64,000 bases of DNA, taken from positions 2,048,001-2,112,000 of the forward strand of contig OZ242180.1 of the NCBI GenBank assembly GCA_965205485.1, given 5' to 3'. The translations under genes were made by a program, and so were the position numbers. Shown here in pieces: positions 29,657 through 39,233 of the stretch. Under the pieces are notes generated by a model, which did no database searches, was not told the DNA's origin, and worked only from the letters and a program-made list of their open reading frames with translations. The stretch comes from Candidatus Latescibacterota bacterium. Lineage in GTDB: Bacteria > Latescibacterota > UBA2968 > GCA-2709665. Positions within the stretch are counted from its first letter, which is position 1, and the number at the start of each line of letters is the position of its first letter.

Positions 29657-29750
29657 TGAAAGGTTCCTCTCCTGATGACATTCACGATGGGTTTCGGCTG
29701 TTAATCATCTGCACCGCTCTTCGATACGCATCCGCGGCCGCGCGTCCTCA

Positions 29751-29834
29751 GAAGCTGTTTTAAAATTACCGGTGAGTTCCCGACCGCCGCTTTTGCAGCC
29801 GCGCGAAGACCGCTGGGAATTTTAAGACAGCTTC
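29751..29834 (+). mobile_element. MITE family B, 84-bp internally deleted copy with TCA target duplication
   Basis: Same TIRs as the 26142 element, TCA on both flanks, 128 bp missing at a ccga microhomology. Confidence 0.85.
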
Positions 29835-29839
29835 TCAGG

Positions 29840-31102
29840 TCAGAGATTCCAGCGCACGAGAAAGTAGCGGCGTTTGCCCCGGCGCACGACCACGTATCTG
29901 CCGGCGATTCTGTCCGAGGGTTCAAGCATCATGCCCGTATCGGCGCAACGCCGGCCATTGACGTATATCGCGCCGGACCGGATATCTTCCCGCGCCTGGC
30001 GCATGGAAGATGAAATGCCGACGTTGACCAGCAGATCCATCAGTCCCACGCCTGAAACGCCATTGAGCGCCTGAGACGGCACGTCGCTGAACCCTTCCTC
30101 GATCTCTCGCGCACTCAGGTCTCTCAGTTCCCCGTAGAACAACGCGTCGGAAATCCGCCGCGCCCTTTCGGTGGCGGATCTGTCATGTACGAGCGTGGTG
30201 ACCTCCTCGGCCAGCACCCGCTGTGCCTCTCGCTTTTCGGGATGTTCTGTCACTTCCGTTTCCAGATTCCTGATTTCATTCCCGGAAAGAAAGGTAAACA
30301 GCTTCAGAAACGACACGACGTCCCGGTCGTCCGTATTGATCCAATGCTGGTAAAACTGGTAGGGCGTCGTTTTTCCAGCGTCGAGCCAGACGGTGCCGGA
30401 TGCCGTCTTTCCGAACTTGGAGCCGTCTGCCTTCTCAAGCAGTGGAAACGTCAGGCCGTGCGCCTGTCCGCCCAGCCGGCGCCGGATCAGCTCGATTCCC
30501 GCTGTAATATTGCCCCATTGATCGCTCCCGCCAATCTGGAGCTCGCATCCGTGCGCCTGAAACAACTCCATGAAATCATAGGCCTGAATGACCATATAGC
30601 TGAACTCGGTGAATGAGATTCCTGTTTCCAGCCGGGAAGCCACGGACTCTTTCGCCAGCATATAGCCCATGGAGAAGTGCTTGCCCGTGTCCCTCAGGAA
30701 GTCGATCGCCTTCAGTTCGGAGAGCCATCCCAGATTGCTGACCACCCGGGCGGGATTGGCTCCGGTCTCAAAATCGAGAAACCGGGCGAGTTGCTCTGTG
30801 AGTCTTCCGGTATATTCCGCGATCAACTCGGGCGGGTTCAACGGACGTTCTTCCTTACTGCCGCTCGGATCACCTATCAGACCCGTGCCTCCCCCGATAA
30901 GCCCAATCGCATGATGCCCGGCCAGCTGAAACCGCCGCAATCCGAGAATGGGTATCAGGTTGCCCACGTGCAAGCTGTCGGCCGTGGGGTCGAACCCTGA
31001 ATAAAGCGTTATGGGCCCATCGGCCAGCCGCGCTTCGAGTCCGTCGGGATCGGTTACCTGAAAGAGGTACCCCCGAAAATTTAGATCTTTCAAGATGTCC
31101 AC
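29840..31102 (-). CDS. tyrS: tyrosine--tRNA ligase
   Basis: YSGFDPTADSLHVGN, GLIGDPSG, QIGGSDQWGNI, KFGKT, S4-like C-terminus. Confidence 0.97.
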   Translation of the reverse strand: MDILKDLNFRGYLFQVTDPDGLEARLADGPITLYSGFDPTADSLHVGNLIPILGLRRFQLAGHHAIGLIGGGTGLIGDPSGSKEERPLNPPELIAEYTGRLTEQLARFLDFETGANPARVVSNLGWLSELKAIDFLRDTGKHFSMGYMLAKESVASRLETGISFTEFSYMVIQAYDFMELFQAHGCELQIGGSDQWGNITAGIELIRRRLGGQAHGLTFPLLEKADGSKFGKTASGTVWLDAGKTTPYQFYQHWINTDDRDVVSFLKLFTFLSGNEIRNLETEVTEHPEKREAQRVLAEEVTTLVHDRSATERARRISDALFYGELRDLSAREIEEGFSDVPSQALNGVSGVGLMDLLVNVGISSSMRQAREDIRSGAIYVNGRRCADTGMMLEPSDRIAGRYVVVRRGKRRYFLVRWNL

Positions 31103-31125
31103 CGTATTGGGCTCCGATAGTGGGT

Positions 31126-31770
31126 TCAGACATGCTGTTGGCGGCGATTCGCAAAGCGGAGCGCCCTCAAAAACTCGCGGATTCTGGCGTGGTCCTTCCG
31201 GCCGGGCGCGGCTTCAACGCCGCTGCCGCAGTCTACGGCGTACGGTTTCACCGTTCGGACAGCATCGGCCACGTTCGAAGGATCCATTCCCCCCGAGAGG
31301 ATGATCCGCCCGTGTGCGGTCGCTGCCCTTGCGAACCGCCAGTCAAAGGTCTCTCCGGTGCCGCCGTACCATCCCTTTTTGTCCGTATCCAGCAGAAACG
31401 TGTTTACCGGATAGTCGCTCAGGGAAGCAGGATCGAATCCGTCGCCGACCCGCAATGCCCGGATGACCGGAATCGGATAATCCAGACAGTCGGCCGGTGT
31501 CTCGTCGCCGTGCAACTGGACCGCCCGAATCCCGGTGGACCGCACGGTTTCCACGATCTCCTCCCTGGCCTTGTTCACGAAAACCCCTACGGGCGTCACG
31601 AACGGCGGTAACGCCGAGACAATATTGCTCACGCGTTCCGGGTGTACGTATCGCGGACTGGGCTTGTAGAAGATGAAACCGAGCGCGTCCACGCCGTGTG
31701 CGACAGAAAAGAGCGCATCTTCCGGATTTGTAATCCCGCAAATCTTCACGCGAACCATGAGTCGGGTCAA
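31126..31770 (-). CDS. trpF: phosphoribosylanthranilate isomerase
   Basis: VKICGIT, GFIFY..SPR, VGVFVN, VQLHGDE, GGTGETFDW, SGVE..PG.KD; start TTG 31770 or ATG 31758. Confidence 0.95.
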   Translation of the reverse strand: MTRLMVRVKICGITNPEDALFSVAHGVDALGFIFYKPSPRYVHPERVSNIVSALPPFVTPVGVFVNKAREEIVETVRSTGIRAVQLHGDETPADCLDYPIPVIRALRVGDGFDPASLSDYPVNTFLLDTDKKGWYGGTGETFDWRFARAATAHGRIILSGGMDPSNVADAVRTVKPYAVDCGSGVEAAPGRKDHARIREFLRALRFANRRQQHV

Positions 31771-32558
31771 CCGCCTTCCCTGCCCAGCAGCGTTCGAAGC
31801 TTCCGGCCGACGTCGGGATGGCGCATCAGATGCTCCCCAACAAGCACCCCATCCACGCCGGCATCCCCCAACCGGACGACGTCGTCCCTGGTCTCGATCC
31901 CGCTCTCGCTTACAATGACCGGACCTCCCTGAAGATGTTCAATCAGTTCGAACGTGGTTCGCAAATCGGTTTCAAACGTCTTCAGGTTGCGGTTATTCAC
32001 CCCGACAAGGTCTGCGCCCGCGTCCAGCGCAATACTCGCTTCCTCCCTGGTGTGTACTTCCACCAGGGCGTCCAGGTCCGACTCCCTGCAGACTGTGAGC
32101 ATCTCCGGAAGTTCACGTTTCGAGAGCGCTGAGACAATCAGCAGAACCGCGGCCGCACCGATTGTCCTGGCTTCGTGGATCTGATACGGATCGATCACAA
32201 AATCCTTGCGGAGCACCGGCAGTTGTACGGCTTCGCTTACGGCGCTCAGACTCGCGTCGGAGCCCTGGAAATACTTTTCGTCCGTAAGCACGGAAATTGC
32301 CGCCGCGCCGTTCTTCTCGTAGGCCCGGCCGATTGCAACCGGATCGAAATCTTCCCTGATTACCCCTTTCGATGGAGATGCCTTTTTTATTTCCGCTATG
32401 AGCGCGATATCCTCCGCGTCGGTCAGGCTTTTCGTCAGGGAGCCCGGCGCCCGCGTCTGGCCCGCCCTTTCCCACAAAACCCCGGGCGAGACCCGTTGTT
32501 TTGCCTCGGCCACAACGCGCCGCTTGTATGCGATGATCTCATCCAGGATGGTAGCCAT
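31767..32558 (-). CDS. trpC: indole-3-glycerol phosphate synthase
   Basis: IAEIKKASPSKG, ISVLTD..FQGS, LRKDF, GVNNRNL, SESGI; ATG 32558. Confidence 0.97.
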   Translation of the reverse strand: MATILDEIIAYKRRVVAEAKQRVSPGVLWERAGQTRAPGSLTKSLTDAEDIALIAEIKKASPSKGVIREDFDPVAIGRAYEKNGAAAISVLTDEKYFQGSDASLSAVSEAVQLPVLRKDFVIDPYQIHEARTIGAAAVLLIVSALSKRELPEMLTVCRESDLDALVEVHTREEASIALDAGADLVGVNNRNLKTFETDLRTTFELIEHLQGGPVIVSESGIETRDDVVRLGDAGVDGVLVGEHLMRHPDVGRKLRTLLGREGG

Positions 32559-32559
32559 T

Positions 32560-33573
32560 TTATCCGTTCGAAACCAGTTTGAGTTCTTCCAGTTTATCCA
32601 TTGCTCGCCCGGAATCCACGGCCTCTCTGGCCAGTTCCATAGCCGCTGGCAGATCATCCGCCGCGCCGCCCGCTGCAATCGCGGCTGCCGCGTTCAACAG
32701 AACGATGTCAAGCCGCGGACCGGGCTCGCCGTGCAGCACCCTGCGCAGGATCGCCGCATTGGTCTCGGCGCTTCCTCCCGCCAGGTCGCCTGGCGACGCC
32801 CTCGGGATGCCCAGCTCCTCGGGCGTGATTTCGTACGTGGAAACCGTCCCGTCGTTCAGCTCGCTCACCTGCGTCGGTCCGGTCGTGGTGATCTCATCAA
32901 GTCCGTCCAGCCCGTGTACCACAAACGCACGTTCCGAATCCAGTGTTCGCAATACCTCCGCCAGCGTGTCGGTCAGAGACCGGCTGTATACCCCGATCAG
33001 GTGCCGGGTGGCGCCTGCCGGATTGGTCAGCGGCCCAAGGGCATTGAAGACCGTGCGCGCGCCAAGCTCGCGTCTGGGTCCGATCGCATACTTCATGGCG
33101 CCGTGCAAAGCCGGAGCAAACAGAAACCCGATGCCCGTCTCGTCCAGACACCGCCCCATCGTCTCCGGCGACGCTTCGATGTTCACCCCCAGTTCCTTCA
33201 GAACGTCGGCGCTTCCACAGAGGCTGGATGCGGCGCGGTTTCCGTGTTTGGCGACGCACAATCCGGCGCCGGCCACGACAAACGCCGCCGCCGTGGAGAT
33301 ATTGAACGTTCCGGAACCGTCTCCACCGGTACCGCATGTATCGACCACCGTCGCGTGCCGCGTGCCGACCCGCGAGGCCTTTTCCCTCATTACCTCGGCG
33401 GCGCCGGCGATCTCCTCCACTGTCTCGCCCTTGACCCGGAGAGCCACAAGGAAAGCGCCAATCTGCGCGTCCGTGGCCCCACCCGACATGATCTGGTTCA
33501 TCGCCCCGATCATCCGGTCGCGCGTCAGGTTCTCACCCTCAATCAGTTTCGCGATCGCATCCTTAATCGACAT
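32560..33573 (-). CDS. trpD: anthranilate phosphoribosyltransferase
   Basis: DTCGTGGDG..TFNIST, KHGNR..SS..GSADVL, RTVFNALGPLTNP, GLDE; ATG 33573. Confidence 0.97.
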   Translation of the reverse strand: MSIKDAIAKLIEGENLTRDRMIGAMNQIMSGGATDAQIGAFLVALRVKGETVEEIAGAAEVMREKASRVGTRHATVVDTCGTGGDGSGTFNISTAAAFVVAGAGLCVAKHGNRAASSLCGSADVLKELGVNIEASPETMGRCLDETGIGFLFAPALHGAMKYAIGPRRELGARTVFNALGPLTNPAGATRHLIGVYSRSLTDTLAEVLRTLDSERAFVVHGLDGLDEITTTGPTQVSELNDGTVSTYEITPEELGIPRASPGDLAGGSAETNAAILRRVLHGEPGPRLDIVLLNAAAAIAAGGAADDLPAAMELAREAVDSGRAMDKLEELKLVSNG

Positions 33574-33628
33574 AGCCGTCTCCCCATCATGCAAGCTGAG
33601 AATGGGACGGGTTTTCAATCCCTGGAGT

Positions 33629-34192
33629 TCAGCCTTCCAGAAAATTCCTCAACAACACTTTACCCTCGGCCGTCAATATGGACTCGGGATGAAACTGAAC
33701 GCCTTCAACCGGGTAATTCCTGTGCCGCAGACCCATGATTATACCATCGTCTGTCTGCGCGGACACTTCGAGGCAGTCCGGAAGGCTCCCCCTTTCGACC
33801 ATCAGCGAATGGTATCGCGTTGCGATGAAGGGATGGGACATATCACGGAAAATCGTACGTCCGTCGTGATGAATCTCGGACACCTTACCGTGAAGAATTG
33901 CCGGCGCCCTCACAACCTTGCCGCCAAAGGCCTGTCCGATGCACTGGTGCCCGAGACAGACACCCAGCATTGGAATCCGCCCGCTGAATCGCCGGATAAG
34001 ATCCACGGAGACACCCGCCTCGTTCGGTGTGCAGGGACCGGGCGAAATCACCACCTTCTCCGGCTGAGTTGCGTCGATCCGGTCAAGTTCGATCTGATCG
34101 TTCCGAAACACGTCCATCCGTGCGCCCAACTCGCCCAGATACTGGACCAGATTGTACGTGAACGAATCGTAATTGTCGATTACCAGGATCAT
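33629..34192 (-). CDS. trpG: anthranilate synthase component II (glutamine amidotransferase)
   Basis: [36 protein letters not shown]; located between trpE and trpD. Confidence 0.93.
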   Translation of the reverse strand: MILVIDNYDSFTYNLVQYLGELGARMDVFRNDQIELDRIDATQPEKVVISPGPCTPNEAGVSVDLIRRFSGRIPMLGVCLGHQCIGQAFGGKVVRAPAILHGKVSEIHHDGRTIFRDMSHPFIATRYHSLMVERGSLPDCLEVSAQTDDGIIMGLRHRNYPVEGVQFHPESILTAEGKVLLRNFLEG

Positions 34193-34241
34193 GAGTCAAC
34201 CCGACAAAGTAGTTAAGAGTGGCAACGTACAATGCTGACGC

Positions 34242-34346
34242 TAACAGTCCGTTGAGAAAGTCGCTCTGCAGGCGAGGCCGAGCAACGCAGTATTTCGACC
34301 GCAAGGGCCGGCCGTAGCCCGGTTGGGCTTTTTCAACGGGCTGCTA
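34242..34346 (+). mobile_element. MITE family A, 105-bp internally deleted copy overlapping the trpE stop codon
   Basis: TAacagtccgttgagaaag ... ctttttcaacgggctgcTA; 61 bp missing relative to the 5525 copy; the terminal CTA is the trpE TAG. Confidence 0.85.
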
Positions 34347-35834
34347 GACCGCACCCTCCGCCAGTTCCACCGCCCTGAACAGCGCCTTCGCCTTGTTTAC
34401 GGTTTCCTGGTGCTCGTTTTCCGGTACGGAATCGAACACAATCCCACCGCCGGCCTGGACGTACGCTTTCCGTCCCTGCAGCACCATCGTACGTATGGCG
34501 ATGCACGTATCCATATTGCCCGAAAAATCTATATAACCCACGGCCCCCGAGTACGGCCCGCGGCGGGTCGGCTCCAGTTCGTCGATAATTTCCATCGCCC
34601 GAATCTTGGGCGCGCCGGAAACCGTACCTGCCGGATAACAGGCATACAGCGCATCCAGTGCATCCACGCCGTCCCTGAGGCGACCCCGAACGTTCGAGAC
34701 GATATGCATCACGTGAGAATAACGCTCAATTGCCATCTGTTCGGTCACACGTACGGTATCGTATCTGGATACCCGACCGACGTCGTTCCGGCCCAGGTCC
34801 AGCAGCATTATATGCTCCGCACGTTCCTTTTCGTCCGCCAGCAGGTCCGCCGCGAGGGTGGAATCCTCCTCCTCCGTAGCCCCTCTCCAGCGTGTGCCCG
34901 CAATGGGACGCACCTGCACGACGCCGTTCTCGACACGCACCAGCAGTTCCGGCGAGGCGCCTACGAGTTGCACGTCCATGAGGTCCAGATGAAACATGTA
35001 CGGCGACGGATTCACCGTGCGCAGCGCACGGTATATGTCCAGAGATCCCACGCTGATCTCGGTCTCGAAGCGCTGTGAGAGTACAACCTGGAAAATATCG
35101 CCCGCGACGATATATTCCTTGCAACGACGCACCTTGTCCAGAAAAACCGACCGTTCCGTGTTCGACCGGATTTCACTCGCCCGGTTGCCGGATGTTACCG
35201 CCGGGACGCCGTTGGCGGGAATCGGCCCCCGCAATGCCGTTTCCAGCGCATCGATTCGCGCTTCCGCCTCCCGGTAATTCTGCTCGATATCTCCCGAGGT
35301 ATGCACATTGGATATCAGATGGATCTTCTGCCTGACGTTGTCGAAGCCAAGTAGCGTATCGTAGAAGAGTAATACGACGTCCGGCAGACCGTGGTCGTCG
35401 CGCGTCCGGTCGGGGATGTTCTCAACCAGCCGGATCGCATCGTAGGCCACGTAACCCACGGCTCCGCCGGTAAACCGGGGCAGTCCCTCCAACTGCGCCG
35501 AACGGAATTTCCCCAGCAGACGCCTGAGCTCGGCGATGGGCGATCCCTCAAACGCCCTCACGCCGCCCCGCTTCAGATCCTCTATCTCAATCCGGGTTTT
35601 CCACGACCGAAAGGCAAGGAACGGCTCCACGCCCAGGAAGGAATAACGGCCGATCTTTTCGCCTCCTTCCACGCTTTCGAAAAGAAAGCTGTAGGGACTC
35701 CCGGACCGCACCTTCAAATAGGCGGAAACCGGGGTTTCGGTATCCCCCAGGATTTCGCGGGAGATTGGGACGATTCCCTGGCCCATGGCCAACGTTTTTG
35801 TCGTCTCCAAATCGGGTGTGTTCACGAATTTCAC
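34344..35834 (-). CDS. trpE: anthranilate synthase component I
   Basis: DTETPVSAY, LFESVEGGEKIGRYSF, GGAVGY, GDIFQVVLSQRF, NPSPYMF, RPIAGT, KERAEH, GTVSGAPK; start placed at GTG 35834 (or 35825) because the ORF-track start lies inside the attenuator hairpin. Confidence 0.95.
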   Translation of the reverse strand: MKFVNTPDLETTKTLAMGQGIVPISREILGDTETPVSAYLKVRSGSPYSFLFESVEGGEKIGRYSFLGVEPFLAFRSWKTRIEIEDLKRGGVRAFEGSPIAELRRLLGKFRSAQLEGLPRFTGGAVGYVAYDAIRLVENIPDRTRDDHGLPDVVLLFYDTLLGFDNVRQKIHLISNVHTSGDIEQNYREAEARIDALETALRGPIPANGVPAVTSGNRASEIRSNTERSVFLDKVRRCKEYIVAGDIFQVVLSQRFETEISVGSLDIYRALRTVNPSPYMFHLDLMDVQLVGASPELLVRVENGVVQVRPIAGTRWRGATEEEDSTLAADLLADEKERAEHIMLLDLGRNDVGRVSRYDTVRVTEQMAIERYSHVMHIVSNVRGRLRDGVDALDALYACYPAGTVSGAPKIRAMEIIDELEPTRRGPYSGAVGYIDFSGNMDTCIAIRTMVLQGRKAYVQAGGGIVFDSVPENEHQETVNKAKALFRAVELAEGAV

Positions 35835-35894
35835 CAGGCAGTTGGCCGCTTGTGCCGCTATTTCGCGGTAATGGCGCCCTGAGTCGGCCGAATC

Positions 35895-35924
35895 AAAAAA
35901 AAACCGTGAGCAGATGCCCACGGC
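35895..35924 (-). terminator. attenuator terminator upstream of trpE
   Basis: Minus strand CCGUGGGC-AUCU-GCUCACGG followed by U9. Confidence 0.9.
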
Positions 35925-35948
35925 CCGGTTTACGTCTTTTTCAGCAGT

Positions 35949-36056
35949 TTACTCGCGTGGGCAGACACAACGATCCGAGGCCTCCCGGTAATACCACCGG
36001 TAGGAGCGATAAAAATATCCACGCAAGGAAAACCCGTCTTGACCACGATCCGTCAC
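35949..36056 (-). CDS. aromatic-rich leader peptide (35 aa) of the trp/aro operon
   Basis: GGAGG (36068-36064), 7-nt spacer, GTG; MTDRGQDGFSLRGYFYRSYRWYYREASDRCVCPRE; stop codon about 25 nt before the terminator. Confidence 0.85.
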   Translation of the reverse strand: MTDRGQDGFSLRGYFYRSYRWYYREASDRCVCPRE

Positions 36057-36135
36057 GATCAATCCTCCACAATCCAGTGTCCTGCCGGTTTCGAACCGGG
36101 CGACGGCAAGCAGCCGCTCCGACAGGAACGGTCTA

Positions 36136-36164
36136 ACGTTAAACAATCACATCGAGAGTGTCAA
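36136..36164 (-). promoter_or_regulatory. sigma70-type promoter of the leader/trpE operon
   Basis: Minus strand TTGACA (36164-36159), N17, TAACGT (36141-36136). Confidence 0.7.
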
Positions 36165-36223
36165 GGAAATTCCATAAACCCGGTCGCGGATCCTCGTCGT
36201 CTTCGAGACATTTCGGTCGTCAT

Positions 36224-36955
36224 TCAACCTCTACCGACATACAGCTGTCCGACGGGCAACACGATCGCCTCCAGCATATTCACGTGGAGCGGCAGCGTCG
36301 CCATGGTTACCGCGGCCTGAGCCAATTCATCCACTGTCATCATCGGTTCGTCGTCCGTGGGCGCGTCCGATTCCTCGCGGCGTTCCACCAGCGTGTTGCC
36401 GGGGTGCAGGCAGGAGCAGACAATCCCGAAGTCCCGTCCGTCCAGCGCGGTAGCATGCGTAAGGCCGGTAATCCCGAATTTGCTGGTGCTGTAGGGAGCG
36501 GAATTCGGGCGGACGCGCTGTGCGGAAATGCTGCCGATGTTGATGATCCGGCCTCCGCCCTGTGCCTTCATAATGCGGAAAGCCGCCCGCGTGCAGAGAA
36601 AGGGTCCGCGCAGGTTCACTGCCATCGCCCAGTCCCATTCTGACAGGGAGAGTTCGTCGATTCGTCCCCCGTCAAAGGCCGCAGCGTTGTTCACCAGCAC
36701 ATCCACCCTCCCGAATCGATCCATCGTCTTCGCGAACACCGCCTGCACCTGCGATTCGTCGGTAACGTCTGCGGGGGCGGCGATCGCCTCCACGCCCTCC
36801 GCCCTTATTTCTTCGGCAGCCGATTCGAGTTTTCCGACCGTTCTGGCCGTCAACACCAGATTCGCGCCGTCTTTGGCCAGCGCGCGCGCAATTCCCTTCC
36901 CGATGCCCTGGTTCCCACCTGTTACCACCGCGACTTTCCCTTCGAGCTTCGACAT
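36224..36955 (-). CDS. short-chain dehydrogenase/reductase
   Basis: TGGNQGIG, VLVNNAA, GSIS, YSTSK; ATG 36955. Confidence 0.93.
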   Translation of the reverse strand: MSKLEGKVAVVTGGNQGIGKGIARALAKDGANLVLTARTVGKLESAAEEIRAEGVEAIAAPADVTDESQVQAVFAKTMDRFGRVDVLVNNAAAFDGGRIDELSLSEWDWAMAVNLRGPFLCTRAAFRIMKAQGGGRIINIGSISAQRVRPNSAPYSTSKFGITGLTHATALDGRDFGIVCSCLHPGNTLVERREESDAPTDDEPMMTVDELAQAAVTMATLPLHVNMLEAIVLPVGQLYVGRG

Positions 36956-37260
36956 ATCTAAAGCCTCCCGGCAACCCGACCCGGGTAAATGAACGGAGAT
37001 TGGCCGCCTGTCCCGGGTTTGTGTTCCTGTGTTACATCGGCCCAAGAATGGAGAGGAATTTATGGGACGGAACACCATAATGTCAAGTTGGGTTTGCGCG
37101 GGGTTGATTCAGCCGGAGCATTGGGTATATTCTGTGTGTCCCGCGGTTCAGGCACTGACGGCGTCAGGAGGCGCCGGATCACGCCGGGCGGGGCAGGGCG
37201 GGCGAGGACTGATTCCACACGCCGCCGCCGATCGCGGTCTCATTCATTGAGGGTAAAGGG

Positions 37261-38265
37261 ATGGATACCCCGACACACGGCCTGGTTGGCCGTCTGGTTG
37301 CGCGGTCCGTGTGGCCGCGGAACCGGGGGTTTGTGAATCTGGTTACCGTTACCAGCGTATTGCCGGACCTGGATGTGTTCCTGCCCGGTGACGCACTCGA
37401 AAGCCTGCAGACGCACCGTGGGATGACACATTCGTTTTTCGGCGCCGCAATTGGCGCCGTCGCCGTGGCGGGGGTCGTCCGGCGATTCATACTCAGGGAC
37501 GTCCCGTTTACAAAGCTATATGCGGTCGCCCTTTCCGGGTTGTTGCTGCACATTCTGTTCGACCTGGTGACCTCGTACGGGACGATGGTCTTCATGCCGT
37601 TTTCCAGGTACCGGGCGTTGTTCGACGTGCTGTTCGTTATCGACCCGTACCTGGATCTGATTCTTATCAGCGGACTGGTTCTCGGCTGGAAGGTCTGGCG
37701 GCCGGATGGGTACCGCCTGGGTGTGGCGGCGCTTGTGGCGTACATGACGTTCAATGTCGCCGTTTCGGGTATAACCTACCTGTACCTGGATCGCTGGGCA
37801 TCGGAACGGGGATTGACGCCTGCAGCGGCGGTTCCTGTGCCTTTTTCACCTCTGCATCGGCGTGGAATCGCGGTCGGGGAGGAAGAATGGTACGAGGTGC
37901 CCGTGTCGTTGTATCAAGGGGTTGCAGACTCGCCCAATACCTACCGCTCGGCCCTTGCCGAACCCGGTCTTGAACGCCTGTGGGAACGGCGGGACGGTCG
38001 GATCTATCGCTGGTTCGCGCGTTTCCCCGCACTGGAGAAGTCCGGGGACGACGGGCGGGGGTTTCTGATTCACGATCTGCGGTTCGGGATTCGGTCCGAC
38101 GCGCTGGGATGGCTGGGTTCGCTGGCCTTGCAAACGGCGCTCGATCACAATCCTCAATTCCTGAACCGGCGGGCGTTTACCCTTCGTGTTCAACTTGACG
38201 AACAAAATCGATTGAAGGAAGTGATCTATTCAGGTGGGGCGGTTAATCGCAATCAAAGGGATTGA
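37261..38265 (+). CDS. membrane-bound metal-dependent hydrolase (YdjM-like)
   Basis: MDTPTHG, LPDLD, HRGMTHS, HILFDLVTSYG, FVIDP; several TM segments. Confidence 0.88.
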   Translation: MDTPTHGLVGRLVARSVWPRNRGFVNLVTVTSVLPDLDVFLPGDALESLQTHRGMTHSFFGAAIGAVAVAGVVRRFILRDVPFTKLYAVALSGLLLHILFDLVTSYGTMVFMPFSRYRALFDVLFVIDPYLDLILISGLVLGWKVWRPDGYRLGVAALVAYMTFNVAVSGITYLYLDRWASERGLTPAAAVPVPFSPLHRRGIAVGEEEWYEVPVSLYQGVADSPNTYRSALAEPGLERLWERRDGRIYRWFARFPALEKSGDDGRGFLIHDLRFGIRSDALGWLGSLALQTALDHNPQFLNRRAFTLRVQLDEQNRLKEVIYSGGAVNRNQRD

Positions 38266-38278
38266 GGTACGGAGTCGT

Positions 38279-39085
38279 TCAGGGTGATTCCGGCGAAGGC
38301 AGATTCTCGATTCGTGATACGGGCCGTGCTTCGAGCAGATTGTCCACAATTCGAAAACGGATGGGACGGGTCATCCAGACCGCGACGGGCTTGTCGTTCT
38401 GGAGAGCGGGCTTGAACACAAACTGGTAGACGGCCCCCAGTGCGGAAGCATGAAAGATCCGGGGGCCCTTCTGAACGGAGGCCTCTTTGACTCGCCCGTC
38501 CGTGCCGACCGCGAATTTGACGAACACAACCCCTTCCAGGCCTAAATCGTGGGCGTCCCTGGGATAGATGGGCAGGACCTCGTGCACCAGTACGGGTTCC
38601 TTCGACACGGCCCAGAAATCGACGGCATCCTCGTAGAGCGTCCGGTCCAAATCCCCAAGCGTGTCATCGATTTGAAGATTGGCAAGAAAGTCGATTTCGG
38701 ATGCCTCGTCTTCCACGGTGTCAAGGACGGCTACGCCATCCAGGTCGCCTGCGCCCAGGATTACCTCTTCGGTTTCAGGCAGAGTCGCCTGCCAGGTTTC
38801 GGGAATGTCTTCGAGCGAGATAATCACCGGCGTGGTGTAGGATGGATAGCTGCGAGATTCGAATCCTGGAAAGAGAATGCAGACTAAGGTGAGGAGTATT
38901 GAGGAGAGGACAACCGAAACGCCGAAATTCTTCGGATAGTCGCGTTTCAGGTCCGCTGCGGGGTATTTGAAGCGGACCACGGTGGGGAGGATCCAGGGCG
39001 GCGCAAAAGGGGCCGGATAATGGATACGTGCCCCTAGATGACCGATTCTCGACCGGCGCCTGGATATCGAGGACGCAGTCGCCAT
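38279..39085 (-). CDS. second TonB family protein
   Basis: TM helix and TonB_C (PIYPRDA..GLEGVVFVKF..FKPALQNDKPV); true start may be downstream of 39085. Confidence 0.82.
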   Translation of the reverse strand: MATASSISRRRSRIGHLGARIHYPAPFAPPWILPTVVRFKYPAADLKRDYPKNFGVSVVLSSILLTLVCILFPGFESRSYPSYTTPVIISLEDIPETWQATLPETEEVILGAGDLDGVAVLDTVEDEASEIDFLANLQIDDTLGDLDRTLYEDAVDFWAVSKEPVLVHEVLPIYPRDAHDLGLEGVVFVKFAVGTDGRVKEASVQKGPRIFHASALGAVYQFVFKPALQNDKPVAVWMTRPIRFRIVDNLLEARPVSRIENLPSPESP

Positions 39086-39233
39086 ACCGATTTCTCAAGA
39101 GAATTAATCCCGGCATGTTCAAATGCGGAACACGGCCGGGATTTTCCCGTCGGCCGTGTTTCCACGGCCCGTCCCGCCTGGGACGTATTGCAACATTCGA
39201 TCCGATAAAATAACGCGTATTTCCAGACGTGCG

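Noticed and set aside
35835..35921. N-terminal extension of TrpE in the ORF track
   Set aside because: The listed start lies inside the terminator hairpin, has no RBS and runs through the U tract.
35985..36000. CCGGTGGTATTACCGG on the minus strand resembles a T-box (GGTGGNACC) upstream of trpE/tyrS
   Set aside because: It lacks the ACC-RCG part and I see no stem I or specifier loop; these bases are the Arg-Trp-Tyr-Tyr-Arg codons of the leader peptide.
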